37,603 bases of DNA from Leucoraja erinacea (lineage: Eukaryota), in contig NW_026576641.1 of NCBI RefSeq assembly GCF_028641065.1, positions 248,001 to 285,603 on the forward strand. The letters are read 5' to 3'. The stretch's first letter is position 1. Every line of letters starts with the position of its first letter. A model generated the notes under the pieces. It had not been told where the DNA came from, searched no databases, and was given only the letters and a program-made list of their open reading frames with translations. Below, piece by piece: positions 11,570-22,399 of the stretch. The translations under genes and the position numbers were made by a program.

Positions 11570-13090
11570 ATATAGAAACATAGACAATTGGTGCAGGAGT
11601 AGGCCATTTCACCCTTTGAGCCAGCACCACTATTTAATATGATCATAGAAACATAGAAACATAGAAAATAGGTGCAGGAGTAGGCCATTCGGCCCTTCGA
11701 GCCTGCACCGTCATTCAATATGATCATGGCTGATCATCCTGTACCTGCCTTCTCTCCATACACCCTGATCCCTTTAGCCCCAAGGGCCACATCTAACTCC
11801 CTCTTAAATATAGCCAATGAACTGTGGCCTCAACTACCTTCTGTGGCAGAGAATTCCAGAGATTCACCACGCTCTGTGTGAAAAATAGTTTCCTCATCTC
11901 GGTCCTAAAAGATTTCCCCCTTATCCTTAAACTGTGACCCCTTGTTCCGGACTTCCCCAACATCGGGAACAATCTTCCTGCATCTAGCCTGTCCAACCCC
12001 TTAAGAATTTTGTAAGTTTCTATCAGATCCCCCCTCAATCTTCTAAATTCTAGCGAGAACAAGCCGAATCATGGCTGATCATCTAAAATCAGTACCCCGT
12101 TCCTGCTTTTTCCCCATATCCCTTGATTCTTTTCGTCATAAATCTAACTCTTTTTAAAAACATCCAGTGAATTGGCCTCCGCCACCTTCTGTGGCAGAGA
12201 ATTCCACAGATTCACAACTCTCTGTGTGAAATAGTGTTTTCTCTTCTTAGTCCTAAATGGCTTACCCCTTATTCTTAAACTGTGTGACCCCTGGTTCGAG
12301 ACTCCCCCAACATAAAAAACATTTTTCCTGCATCTAGTCTGTCAAATCCTTTAAGAATTGTATATGTTTCTATGCTATATCCTCTCATCCTTCTAAATTT
12401 CAGCGAATGTGCAACATCGGGGAACTGGTGAACAGGAAGGGCTTGTGTTGCGGTTTGCCTCGTCCTTTCACACCTGTCACACAAAGCTCGTCACACAGCT
12501 ACGGGCGACAGTTCTGATGGATGAATCATCGGTGAAAAGACGATACACTTATCCTGTATCAGATCCCCAAAATCGACAAGAAAGCAAAACATTTTTTCTC
12601 CTGCAACACGCAAAAACTTCAGGGCATAGAATTAAGATGAGATTGGCAACGTTCAATGGAGATGTGCAGGTCAATAGACAATAGACAATAGATAATAGGT
12701 GCAGGAGGAGGCCATTCGGCCCTTCGAGCCAGCACCACCATCAATGTGATCATGGCTGATCATCCCCAATCAGTACCCCGTTCCTGCCTTCTCCCCATAT
12801 CCACTCACTCCACTATCTTTAAGAGCCCCATCTAGCTCTCTCTTGAAAGCATCCATAGAAACAGCCTCCACTGCCATCTGAGGGCGAGAACTCCACAGAC
12901 TCACAACTGGCATAATTGGCATAAATCCAGCATTAGGCCATTCTGTCCATCAGGTCTGCTCCGCCATTCAATCATGTCTGATCTAACTTTCCCTCCAACC
13001 CATTCTCCTGCCATCTCCACATAACCCCTGACACTCCTACTAATCAAGAATATGTCAACAGTGTCCATTGACTTGGCCTCCACAGCCTTC
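11570..13090 (-). mobile_element. Cluster of nested CR1 3' ends (11570-12065, 12070-12405, 12672-12910, 12930-13090)
   Basis: Repeated ATAGAAAC / GACAATA tails, 3' UTR stem, SLEFRRLRGDLIETYKIL. Confidence 0.88.
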
Positions 13091-13359
13091 CCTGTGGTGA
13101 TCAGCCCCATAACATCTGCCCGCAGTGGCCTTCAGATGGTTATGGTCTTGTGGTGGAGAGGAATCTCAAGACGTGCCTGAGTGAACGGAAGAATGGATGA
13201 TCTGTCATCCTGATTTTTTTTTCCTGGAAGATTCTGAGAATTAGATCAGGGAGGAGGTGTGGGAAGCGGGGAGCGGGCCAAGATATTGCAGGTGTGAACT
13301 CCTCGTGCGTAAGGGAGAGGATCAGGAACCTGTGGTCTGTATTTTGTGGACCTATGCTC

Positions 13360-14072
13360 TAAACGTGATATTTGACTCAGCATTGAAATTTGACAAACAA
13401 GTCAATGCCGTGGTAAAAGCTAGCGTCTTTCAATTTCGGACGATAGCTAAAATAAAACTATTCCTCCAGTTTGATGACCTCGAAAAGATCATCCACACAT
13501 TTTTCTCCTCCCGCCTAGATTACTGCAACTCCCTTTACACTGGCATCAGCCAATCTTCCCTGTCCCGCCTGCAACTGGTCACCCCAATCCTGGCCTCTCT
13601 CCACTGGCTCCCTGTGCGGTTCCGAATAAATTTCAAGCTCCATCTTTATGTCTACAAGGCCCTCAATGGGCTTGCCCCCACCTACATAAAAAGTCTTCTC
13701 ACCCACCCACTCCACCTCCAGGCCCCTCAGATCGGCCGACTTGGGGTTGCTGAATATCCATCTAGGCATAAGCTCAGGGTCCACCGCGCCTTTGCGGTTG
13801 CAGCTCCTAGACTGTGGAACAGCATCCCCTCTTCCCATCAGAACTGCCCCCTCCATCAACTCCGAGACTTTAAGTCGAGACTTAAAACTCATCTTTACTC
13901 TCAAGCCTTTCTTGACGTCCTCTGAGTGAGGGCTATATGTATGTATTTATGTATGTACTTAATCTATGAACCAGTGTTGTATAACATCAGTATCTCCACC
14001 AATGTAAAGCCCTTTGGCCAACGAGAGTTGCTTTTTAAATGTGCTATAGAAATAAAACTGACTTGACTTGAC
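13360..14072 (+). mobile_element. L2-clade LINE 3' fragment with (TTGAC)n tail
   Basis: VIFDSALKFDKQVNAVVK..SRLDYCNSLYTGI..LHWLPVRFRINFK..APRLWNS..FKSRLKTHLY. Confidence 0.92.
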
Positions 14073-14145
14073 TAAACACAAGTCTCTACTGGGGATTGCC
14101 AAGGTCGTCCAAGGTTTTCAGATGGATGAGATCCCACTGCTGTCA

Positions 14146-14550
14146 GGTCAAGTCAAGAGTCAAGAAAATTTATTGTCATGTGTCCCAGATAGGACAATGA
14201 CATTCTTGCTTGCTGCAGCACAACAGAATATTGTAGGCATAAATACAGAACAGATCAGTGTGTCCATATATCATAGAATATATATATATATATATACACA
14301 CATCAATAAACAGATAACGTGCAATAGGCTGTTATAGTTCAGAGTTTGTATGAAGTTGTGTTCAATAGCCTGATGGCTGTGGGGAAGCAGCTATTCCTGA
14401 ACCTGGATGTTGTAGATTTCAGGCTCCTGTACCTTCTACCTGGTGGTAGCGGGGAGATGAGTGAGTGGCCAGGATAGTGTGGGTCCTTGATGATACTGCC
14501 AGCCTTTTTTGAGGCAGCGACTGTGATAGATCCCCTCGATGGTGGGGAGG
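14146..14550 (-). mobile_element. Rex1/Babar 3' fragment (smaller pieces at 8097-8195 + and probably 35760-35955 +)
   Basis: Minus KAGSIIKDPHYPGH..LPPGRRYRSL..RFRNS..PTAIRLLN; 8097-8160 reads LNTSKIKELIVDFRRG. Confidence 0.8.
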
Positions 14551-14674
14551 TACAGGTTTAGACGTCTTTCAATAATAATCTAAGTCCATAGAATGGTAAA
14601 GGAGGCACATGGAATACTCACCTTCATTAACTCTAAGAGTCAGGACATCATTTCGCGATTATTTATTTTTGTTT

Positions 14675-14950
14675 TGTTTAGAGATACAGCAAGGAAACAG
14701 TCCCTTCGGCCCACCGGGTCTGTGCCGACCTGCGATCCCCGCTATCTTACACACACTAGGGACAATTTACAATTATACCAAAGCCACGCATGTACGTCTT
14801 TGGAGTGTGGGAGGAAACCAGAGGAACCGGAGAAAACCCAGGCAGGTCACGGGGAGAACGTACAAACTCCGCAGAGACAGCACCCATAGTCAGGATGGAA
14901 CCCAGATCTTCGTCGCTGTAAGGGAGCAACTCTACCGCTGTACCACTGTT
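14675..14950 (-). mobile_element. tRNA-derived V-SINE (HE1-like)
   Basis: Minus strand: A box TGGTACAGCGG, B box GGTTCCATCC, V-domain GGAGTTTGTACGTTCTCCCC..TTTCCTCCCACACTCCAAAGAC, CR1-like 3' stem GGGCCGAAGGG. Confidence 0.85.
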
Positions 14951-14953
14951 GTT

Positions 14954-15648
14954 AGTGAGTGAGTGAGTGAGTGAGTGAGTGAGTGAGTGAGTGAGTGAGT
15001 GAGAGTGAGAGGGAGTGAGTGAGTGAGTGAGTGAGGTGGGTGAGTGAGTGAGAGGGAGGGAGGGAGTCAGTGAGTCAGTGAGTGAGTGAGTGAGTGAGGG
15101 AGGGAGTGAGTGGTGAGTGAGTGAGTGAGTGGGAGAGTGAGTGAGTGAGTGAGGTGAGAGTGAGTGAGTGTGAGAGGGAGGGAGGGAGTGAGTGAGTGAG
15201 TGAGTGAGTGAGTGAGTGAGTGAGTGTGTGAGTGGGTGAGTGAGTGAGTGAGTGAGTGAGTGAGTAGTGAGTGAGTGAGTGAGCTAGTGAGAGTGAGTGA
15301 GTGAGTGGTGAGTGAGTGAGTGAGTGGGGTGAGGAATATGGGAGTGAGTGAGTGAGTGAGTGGTGAGTGAGGGAGGGGGTGAGTGAGGGGGGGGTGAGTG
15401 AGTGAGTGAGTGAGTGAGTGATGTGAGTAGGTGAGTGAGCGAGGAGCGAGTGAGTGGTAGATTTGTTAGTTGGGTCAGTTAGTAATTCATTGGTTGATTG
15501 GTTAGTTAATTAGCTAGTTGGTTAGTTAATTGGTTATTTGGTTAGTTGGATAGTTGGTTAGTTAGTCGAGTCAGCTAGTCAGTTAATCAGTTAGTCAGTT
15601 GGTTAGTTAGTTAGTTAGTTAATAGGTTAGTTGGTCAGTTAGTTATTG
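14954..15648. repeat. (GAGT)n microsatellite grading into degenerate (GTTA)n
   Basis: Directly visible; unit switch at about 15460. Confidence 0.97.
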
Positions 15649-15649
15649 G

Positions 15650-16000
15650 TGTGAGGAATAGATCGGGAACATGTGCGGAGTCCCTTGCCCAGAGTAGGGG
15701 AATCAAGAACCAGAGGACATAGGTTTAAGGTGAGGGGGGAAAGATTTACTAGGAACCTGAGGGGTAATATTTTTACACGAAGGGTGGTGGGTGTATGGAA
15801 CAAGCAGCCCGAGGAGGCAGTTGAAGCTGGTAGAACCGCAACATTTGATGACCATTTAGACAGCTACGTGGATAGGGTAGGATCAGAGGAATATGGGCCA
15901 TACACAGGCAGGTGGGACCAGTGTAGGTGGGACATGTTGGTCGGTGTGGGCAGGTTGGGCCTATGAACTTGGTTATAGCTGTATGACTCTCTAACTCTAT
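15650..16000 (+). mobile_element. CR1 3' fragment (SINE-partner-type 3' UTR)
   Basis: ESRTRGHRFKVRGERF..FTRRVVGVWN. Confidence 0.85.
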
Positions 16001-16279
16001 ATCCAATGGGGATTTTTTTTACAGGATAATGGGGAAAGAGCAGGGATTAACCTGATTGCCACTTCGGGTTTTATTATGAGGCTGCGTCTTCTGGTCCGAG
16101 ACTCTCCCACCAGTGGAGATATTCTCCCCACATCCACAGTCTATCCTCTGTCCAACGTAGCAATTTTAAAAAGGAAATGGTTTCAGCTGTTGTAACAGCG
16201 CATTTCAGTGGAACCAGCTGTCTGATGCATTCCTTCCTCTCTGATGAATGTTGTCTTGCCTCGGGGGAACCTCGACGAC

Positions 16280-16431
16280 TTTTGTTTTTCGCAACATCCC
16301 TCTTGCACAAGTTGTGGCAGGTGGAAGGAAAAGTGACTTTCGTCACTCCAGCCCGACTCCCCGCCTTCTCTCCACAGTTATAAACGGGGAATGAGACGGA
16401 CGCTGAGCCAGAGCAGCTCCTTGCAGCAAAG
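16280..16431 (+). promoter_or_regulatory. Putative PTGES proximal promoter / 5' UTR
   Basis: Non-repetitive island with TATAAA 16379-16384, GC box CCCCGCC 16359-16365, C/EBP-like TTTCGCAA 16287-16294 and TTGCACAA 16303-16310, and half-CRE CGTCA 16341-16345. Alternative reading: TTCTCTCCACAG (ends 16377) is a splice acceptor. Confidence 0.5.
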
Positions 16432-16548
16432 ATGACCCTGAACTTCCAGAACGACGCTTTTTGTTCGTACGTTTTCTACTCGGCGCTCTTACTGGTTAAG
16501 ATGTTCGCTGTCGCGATCCTGACTGGCCAAGTTAGGCTTCGCAAGAAG
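16432..16548 (+). CDS. PTGES: Prostaglandin E synthase (mPGES-1, MAPEG family), first coding exon
   Basis: ATG 16432 (A at -3) reads MTLNFQNDAFCSYVFYSALLLVKMFAVAILTGQVRLRKK, followed by a GTAATA donor at 16549 (phase 0). The C-terminal half matches the PTGES exon-1 signature KMYVVAIITGQVRLRKK and ends at the same intron position; MGST1 lacks TGQVRLRKK. Confidence 0.92.
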
Positions 16549-17320
16549 GTAATAATCCTTGGCATTACTGACGAGCGCCTCAGACGTGTTATTGTTGATG
16601 GGATCTAATCTCTCGTGGGGATTATAGCAGGGGGATTATAGGGAAGGGTGGTTTAGTCAGCGATGCCCATTGTCTGTGGAATTCTCTGCCTCAGTGGAGG
16701 CCGGTTTTCTGGGTACTTTCAAGAGAGAGCTACATAGGGCTCTTAAAGATAGGGGATATGGGGAGAAGGAAGGTACGGGGGAGATGAGATGTGTGGCCAG
16801 TAGGAACGGGGGTACTGATTAACAAACAGTTGAGACGAAAACGCCAAGAGCTGCAATCTTGTACAACACCAATGCAGTGACTCAGCGGGTCAGGCAGCGA
16901 CCTGTGGACGAATGCCGGCAGTCATACGAAACAAGTCGCGCAAGTGGGACATTTCAGAACCCTTCCACAGGCTGGAGATCAGGCAGGTTTAGTATTAAGT
17001 ATTCAAGAAGGATTAACACAGGCCACGGGAATTTTCAGTGAAAGCATTCGACTAGCTCGGAAAGAAAGGCGGGTCAGATTTCACTTACGCCCCTGACTCA
17101 TGCAGAAAGGAAAATCAGACTTGGATCCCCTGCAGGCAGAATCAGATTAAAATGACACCTCTGCTGTTCAACCAGAGCAAAGTTCGCTGTAATTACCACC
17201 GACAGAGTACAATTGTGTTTTGCTTGGAGCTTTAAGGTCAGAGGGGCAAAGCATAAAGGCAATTGTGTAGGGCAATGTTTTTACAGAAGGCAGTAGGTAC
17301 CTGGGACATGGTGCTAAGGG

Positions 17321-17750
17321 GTTCAAGAAGGAACTGCAGATGCTGGAAAATCGAAGGTAGACAAAAATGCTGGAGAAACTCTGCGGGTGAGGCAGCAACT
17401 ATGGAGTGAAGGAAATAGGCAACGTTTCAGGCCGAAACCCTTCTTCAGACCAAAGATCCCATAACGGAATCCTATATGATCCTTGCTTCAGATTGATGCA
17501 GGGAGGTGGGGGAGGGGAAGAAAGGAACAGCAAGGACTGCCTGAAATTGGAGAAGTCAATGTTCATACCGCTGGGGTGTAAACTGCCCAAGCAGAATATG
17601 AGGTGTTGCTCCTCCAATTTGCGGTGGGCCTCACTCTGGCCATGGAGGAGACCCAGGACAGAAAGGTCGGATTCGGAATGGGAGGGGGAGTTGAAGTGCT
17701 GAGCCACAGGGAGATCAGATTGGTTATTGCGGACTGAGCGGAGGTGTTTG
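17321..17750 (-). mobile_element. 5'-truncated Penelope-like element with 11-bp TSD, inserted in an older CR1 3' fragment
   Basis: Minus-strand HLRSVRNNQSDLPVAQHFN...HPSGMNIDFSNFR plus pLTR. GGTGCTAAGGG is duplicated at 17310-17320 and 17751-17761. Confidence 0.9.
17418..17450 (-). ncRNA. Minimal hammerhead motif (UUCG-loop variant)
   Basis: Minus strand GT-CTGAAGA-A-GGGT(TTCG)GCCT-GAAA-C-GTT-GCC; the basal stem II pair has changed to G-U. Confidence 0.6.
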
Positions 17751-18149
17751 GGTGCTAAGGGTGCAGGTGGGGCCAGATACAATAGTGGTATTTGATGTAC
17801 ATATATATGGATATGCAGGGAAATGAGGGATATGGAGGTGGATCATGTATACACAGCTGGGTTAGCTCAGCACAGCCATTGTGGTCTGAAGAGCCCATTC
17901 CTGCATTGTACTGTTCAATTTTCTATGTTCTATGTTTAAGATGTTAGGTTTAAAATATTGTATTTAAAATGTTATTTACCTCACTGTTTCACAAATGGAT
18001 GATTTGAGATGTATTTATTGATGCTGATATTTTTGTTGTGATATATTTATTGCATTTTGAAAATTGTGTAAGTTAATTTTATTCATAATAAAAGTTTCTG
18101 AACCAGAGGAGACAATGCAAAGCCTTTATATTTGGGGGGATAGTTCAGG

Positions 18150-18725
18150 CCACATGGCCCGGCAGAGGTTCACCTGCACCTCCTCTAACCTCATCTATTG
18201 CATCCGCTGCTCCAAGTGTCAGCTGCTCTACATCGGTGAGACCAAGCGCAGGCTTGGCGATCGCTTCGCCCAACACCTCCGCTCAGTTCGCAATAACCAA
18301 CCTGATCTCCCAGTGGCTCAGCACTTCAACTCCCCCTCCCATTCCCAATCCCACCTTTCTGTCCTGGGCCTCCTCCATGGCCAGAGTGAGGATCGCCTTA
18401 AATTGGAGGAGCAGCACCTCATATTTCGCTTGGGCAGTTTACACCCCAGCGGTATGGACATTGACTTCTCCAATTTTAGGTAGTCCCTGCTTTCTCCTTC
18501 CTTCACCTCCCCTTCCCAGCTCTCCCACTGCCTACTGTCTCTGCCTCTTCCTTTCTTCTTCCCATCCCCCCCCCCCCCCCCACCCACCTCACATCAGTCT
18601 GAGGAAGGGTCTCGACCCGAAACGTTGCATATTTCCCTCGCTCCATAGATGCTGCCTCACCCGCCGAGTTTCTCCAGCATTTTTGTCCACCTACAATTTT
18701 TCCAGCATCAGCAGTTCTTTCTTAA
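18150..18725 (+). mobile_element. 5'-truncated Penelope-like element: GIY-YIG endonuclease C-terminus plus pseudo-LTR
   Basis: ORF segment RFTCTSSNLIYCIRCSKCQLLYIGETKRRLGDRFAQHLRSV...VAQHFN...EEQHLIFRLGSLHPSGMDID, stop 18483, then a pyrimidine tract and pLTR. Confidence 0.92.
18597..18628 (+). ncRNA. Minimal type I hammerhead ribozyme motif in Penelope pLTR
   Basis: GT-CTGAGGA-A-GGGT(CTCG)ACCC-GAAA-C-GTT-GC: intact CUGANGA and GAAA core, 4-bp stem II, NUH triplet, palindromic AACGTT stem III. Confidence 0.72.
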
Positions 18726-18749
18726 ACATTTTGGCTCCGTAACAAAAAG

Positions 18750-19900
18750 GGGAACCTTAAAGAAACATATAAAATCATAAAAGGACTGGACAAGCTAGAT
18801 GCAGGAAAAATGTTCCCAATGTTGGGCGAGTCCAGAACCAGGGGCCACACAGTCTTAGAATAAAGGGGAGGCCATTTAAGACCGAGGTGAGAAAAAAGCT
18901 TTTTCACCCAGAGAGTTGTGAGTTTGTGGAATTCCCGGCCACAGTTTGTCTTGTTTTCCACATTGAGAACTTTAGATCAACCGTCCCACCCCTCCCTTCC
19001 CCAAAAACACATCCTCACCCTCCCATTTCACAGGTTCACCCGAATCACCACACAGGTTGGGACCTGAAGTGAATTAAGTCATAGCCTTAAAATGAGTTTA
19101 CACCCAATATTCTGCACTTCTATGGAATGGAACCACCAAGTCCGTGCATGAGTTAATCACCACTCATTGTATTCACCGTGTCTATTGATTGATGGCATAA
19201 AAATAGGAATTCAGAGAAACTCGAACAATAGCAGGCAATCTTAATCCAAGGTACACCTCAACGGTGTCAGAGTCAAGGGAGAAGGACAGAAGCTGTGGAG
19301 ATGGCTAAGGTCTGACAATAGTGCAGGAGGAGGCCATTCGGCCCTTCGAGCCAGCACCGCCATACAATGTGATCATGGCTGATCATCCCCAATCAGTACC
19401 CCGTTCCTGACTTCTCCCCATATCCCCTGGCTCCGCTATCTTTAAGAGCCCTATCTAGCTCTCTCTTGAAAGCATCCAGAGAACCAGCCTCCACTGCCCT
19501 CTGACACAGAGAATTCCACAGATTCCCTGCTCTCTGTGAGAAAAAGTGTTTTGTGATCTCCGTTCTAAGTGGCTTATCCCTTATTCATAAACTGTGTGGG
19601 CCCCTGGCTCTGGACTCCCCCCAACATTGGGAACATGAAGAAGGGTCTCAACCTGTAACGTCACCCATTCCTTCTCTCCAGAGACGCTGCCTGTCCCACT
19701 GAGTTACTCCAGATTTCTGTGTCTATCTCCAAGTCAAGGGATATTTGTAAGGTCGAGATTGACAGATTCTTGATTGGCAAGGTGATGGGGAGAAGGCAGG
19801 AGAATGGGGTTGAGAGGGGAAGATAGATCAGCCAGGATTGAATGGCAGAGTAGACTTGATGGGCCAAATGGTCTAATTTTCCTCTTAGAACTTCTGAACA
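18750..19900. mobile_element. CR1 3' fragments (18750-18942 +, 19314-19636 -, 19735-19900 +)
   Basis: CR1 RT C-terminal and 3' UTR motifs. Confidence 0.85.
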
Positions 19901-19919
19901 TGAATCTTGTTTCTTGGTC

Positions 19920-20355
19920 CTCCAAAATAATCCAAATGGAATTTAAACTGGTGGTGAAGGGAGGACTTAAGCCAGAAAGTGTTATTGGGAAGAAAGAGCT
20001 ACTTTAAATTGAGTTGCATCTGGTTGGGTAACTATAGTTGGGTGGAGATTATTCCATGCTTTAATTGTGCGGGGGAAGAACAAATTGCTGTACACATCTG
20101 TCTTTGTAGCTGGGATCACAAATTGGATCGAATGCCCTCGTCTGCTCCTAATTGGTTTGGGTTTGGTGTAGGTCTTGTAGTCTATATCGAGCTGACCATT
20201 TAACATTTTGTACAAACAGGACAAACGGTGAGCTTCACGTCTGTCTTGGAGAGGGTTCTACCCCGACCAGAGAATTCAGAAGTTTGGTGACACTCGCTTC
20301 TCCCTCATAGGTGTTAGTAACAAATCGAGCTGCCTGTCTTTGGACACGTTGGATG
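19920..20355 (-). mobile_element. Divergent CR1-group LINE fragment, distinct from the dominant CR1 family
   Basis: VQRQAARFVTNTYEREASVTKLL..LSCLYKMLNGQLDID..RSRRGHS..YSNLFFPRTIKAWNNL. Confidence 0.8.
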
Positions 20356-20547
20356 GATGAATGAATGAATAAGTTTATGTTCATCTAAATCCCAGCGAGT
20401 ACAGGCAATAGTGTTATAATGTTTATATCGTTTCGAGGAGTCTTTCTTTAGTCGGAAGTAAGTGGATCAGAAGATAATCGATTTGCACTCACGAGCTCTC
20501 CATGAGACATCCAATGCCGTTGAAAAGATAAATCTTCTGAACACGGT

Positions 20548-22050
20548 CATAGAAACATAGAAAATAGGTGCAGGAGGAGGTCATTCGGCCCTTCGAGCCA
20601 GCACCGTCATTCATTGTGATCATGGCTGATCGTACCCAATCAATAACCCATGCCTGCCCTCTCCCCATATCCTTTGATTCCACTAGTCCCTAGAGCTCTA
20701 ACTAACTCTCTCTTAAATCCATCCAGTGACTTGGCCTCCACTGCCCTCTGTGGCAGGGAATTCCACAAATTCACAACTCTCTGGGTGAAAAAGTGTTTTC
20801 TCACCTCAGTCTTAAATGGCCTCCCCTGTGGCCTCTGGTTCTGGACTCGCCCAACATTGGGAACATTTTCCCTGCATCTAGCTTGTCCAGGCCTTTTATA
20901 ATTTTATATGTTTCTATAAGACCCATCCCCCTCATCCTTCTAAACTCTAGTGTATACAAGCCTAGCCTTTTCAATCTTTCCTCATATGGCAGTCCCGCCA
21001 TCCCAGGGATCAATCTTGTGAACCTACGCTGCACTGCCTCAATCATAAGGATGTCCTTCCTCTAATTAGGAGACCAAAACTGTACACAATACTCCAGATG
21101 TGGTCTCACCAGAGCCCTATACAACTGCAGAAGAACCCTTTTACTCCTATACTGAAATCCTCGTGAATAAGGCCAACAGCCCCATTAGCTTTCTTCACTG
21201 CCTGCTGTACCTGACACACCAACTTTCCCAGTGACCGGTGGACAAGGTCTCGCTGCACCTCCCCCTTACCAAACCTAATGTTGATAATTAGTGAACGTGA
21301 ACTGAAGCAGAGAATGGATGTAAATGGCAACATGTAATAGAAACATAGAAACATAGAAATTAGGTGCAGGAGTAGGCCATTCGGCCCTTCGAGCCTGCAC
21401 CGCCATTCAATATGATCATGGCTGATCATCCAACTCAGTATCCCGTACCTGCCTTCTCTCCATACCCCCTGATCCCCTTAGCCACTAGGGCCACATCAAT
21501 GAACTGGCCTCAACTACCCTCTGTGGCAGAGAGTTCCAGAGATTCACCACTCTCTGCGTGAAAAAAGTTCTTCACATCTCGGTTTTAAAGGATTTCCCCT
21601 TTATCCTTAAGCTGTGACCCCTTGTCCTGGACTTCCCCAACATCGGGAACAATCTTCCTGCATCTATCCTGTCCAACCCCTTAAGAATTTTGTAAGTTTC
21701 TATAAGATCCCCTCTCAATCTCCTAAATTCTAGAGAGTATAAACCAAGTCTATCCAGTCTTTCTTCATAAGACAGTCCTGACATCCCAGGAATCAGTCTG
21801 GTGAACCGTCTCTGCACTCCCTCTATGGAAATAATGTCCTTGCTCAGATTTGGAGACCAAAACTGTACGCAATACTCCAGGTGTGGTCTCACCAAGACCC
21901 TGTACAACTGCAGTAGAACCTCCCTGCTCCTATACTCAAATCCTTTTGCAATGAAAGCTAACATACCATTCGCTTTCTTCACTGCCTGCTGTACCTGCAC
22001 ACCAACTTTCAGTGACCGGTGTACAAGGTCTCGCTGCACCTCCCCCTTAC
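20548..22050 (-). mobile_element. Two tandem CR1 copies of different subfamilies (20548-21270 and 21339-22050)
   Basis: Each starts on + with an ATAGAAAC tail and carries RT C-terminal ORF remnants. Confidence 0.92.
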
Positions 22051-22399
22051 CGAACCTAATGTTGATAATTAGTGAATGTGAACTGAAGCAGAGAATGGAT
22101 GTAAATGGCAACATGTAAAGGGGTTGAACAGTGCTTTCCAGCAACGTTATTCCCTTCATCCTCTATCCGTACACAGTGGGCAGTGTGTATAGTCATATAT
22201 AGTATTTTTGCTGACTGGACATATACTCGGTCTACGTAACAATAAGCTAAAGTAAACAAAACCACGATCAGTACAGGGACTAATCACGACTTCTCAGAGG
22301 AGATGAACTACAGAGTCACACAGCGCGGAAACAGGCCCTTTGGCCCAACTCACCCATTCCGACCAACATGCCCCATCTATCAATTTGATTTGCCCCAAT

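Noticed and set aside
13265-13300. GSGPRYCR resembling PTGES GGPQYCR
   Set aside because: Upstream of exon 1 with no flanking similarity; chance match.
16177-16383. 68-aa ORF upstream of PTGES
   Set aside because: No recognisable homology; overlaps the promoter-like motifs.
20455-20548. Open frame VDQKIIDLHSRALHETSNAVEKINLLNT
   Set aside because: No recognisable match; runs into a CR1 tail without a credible donor.
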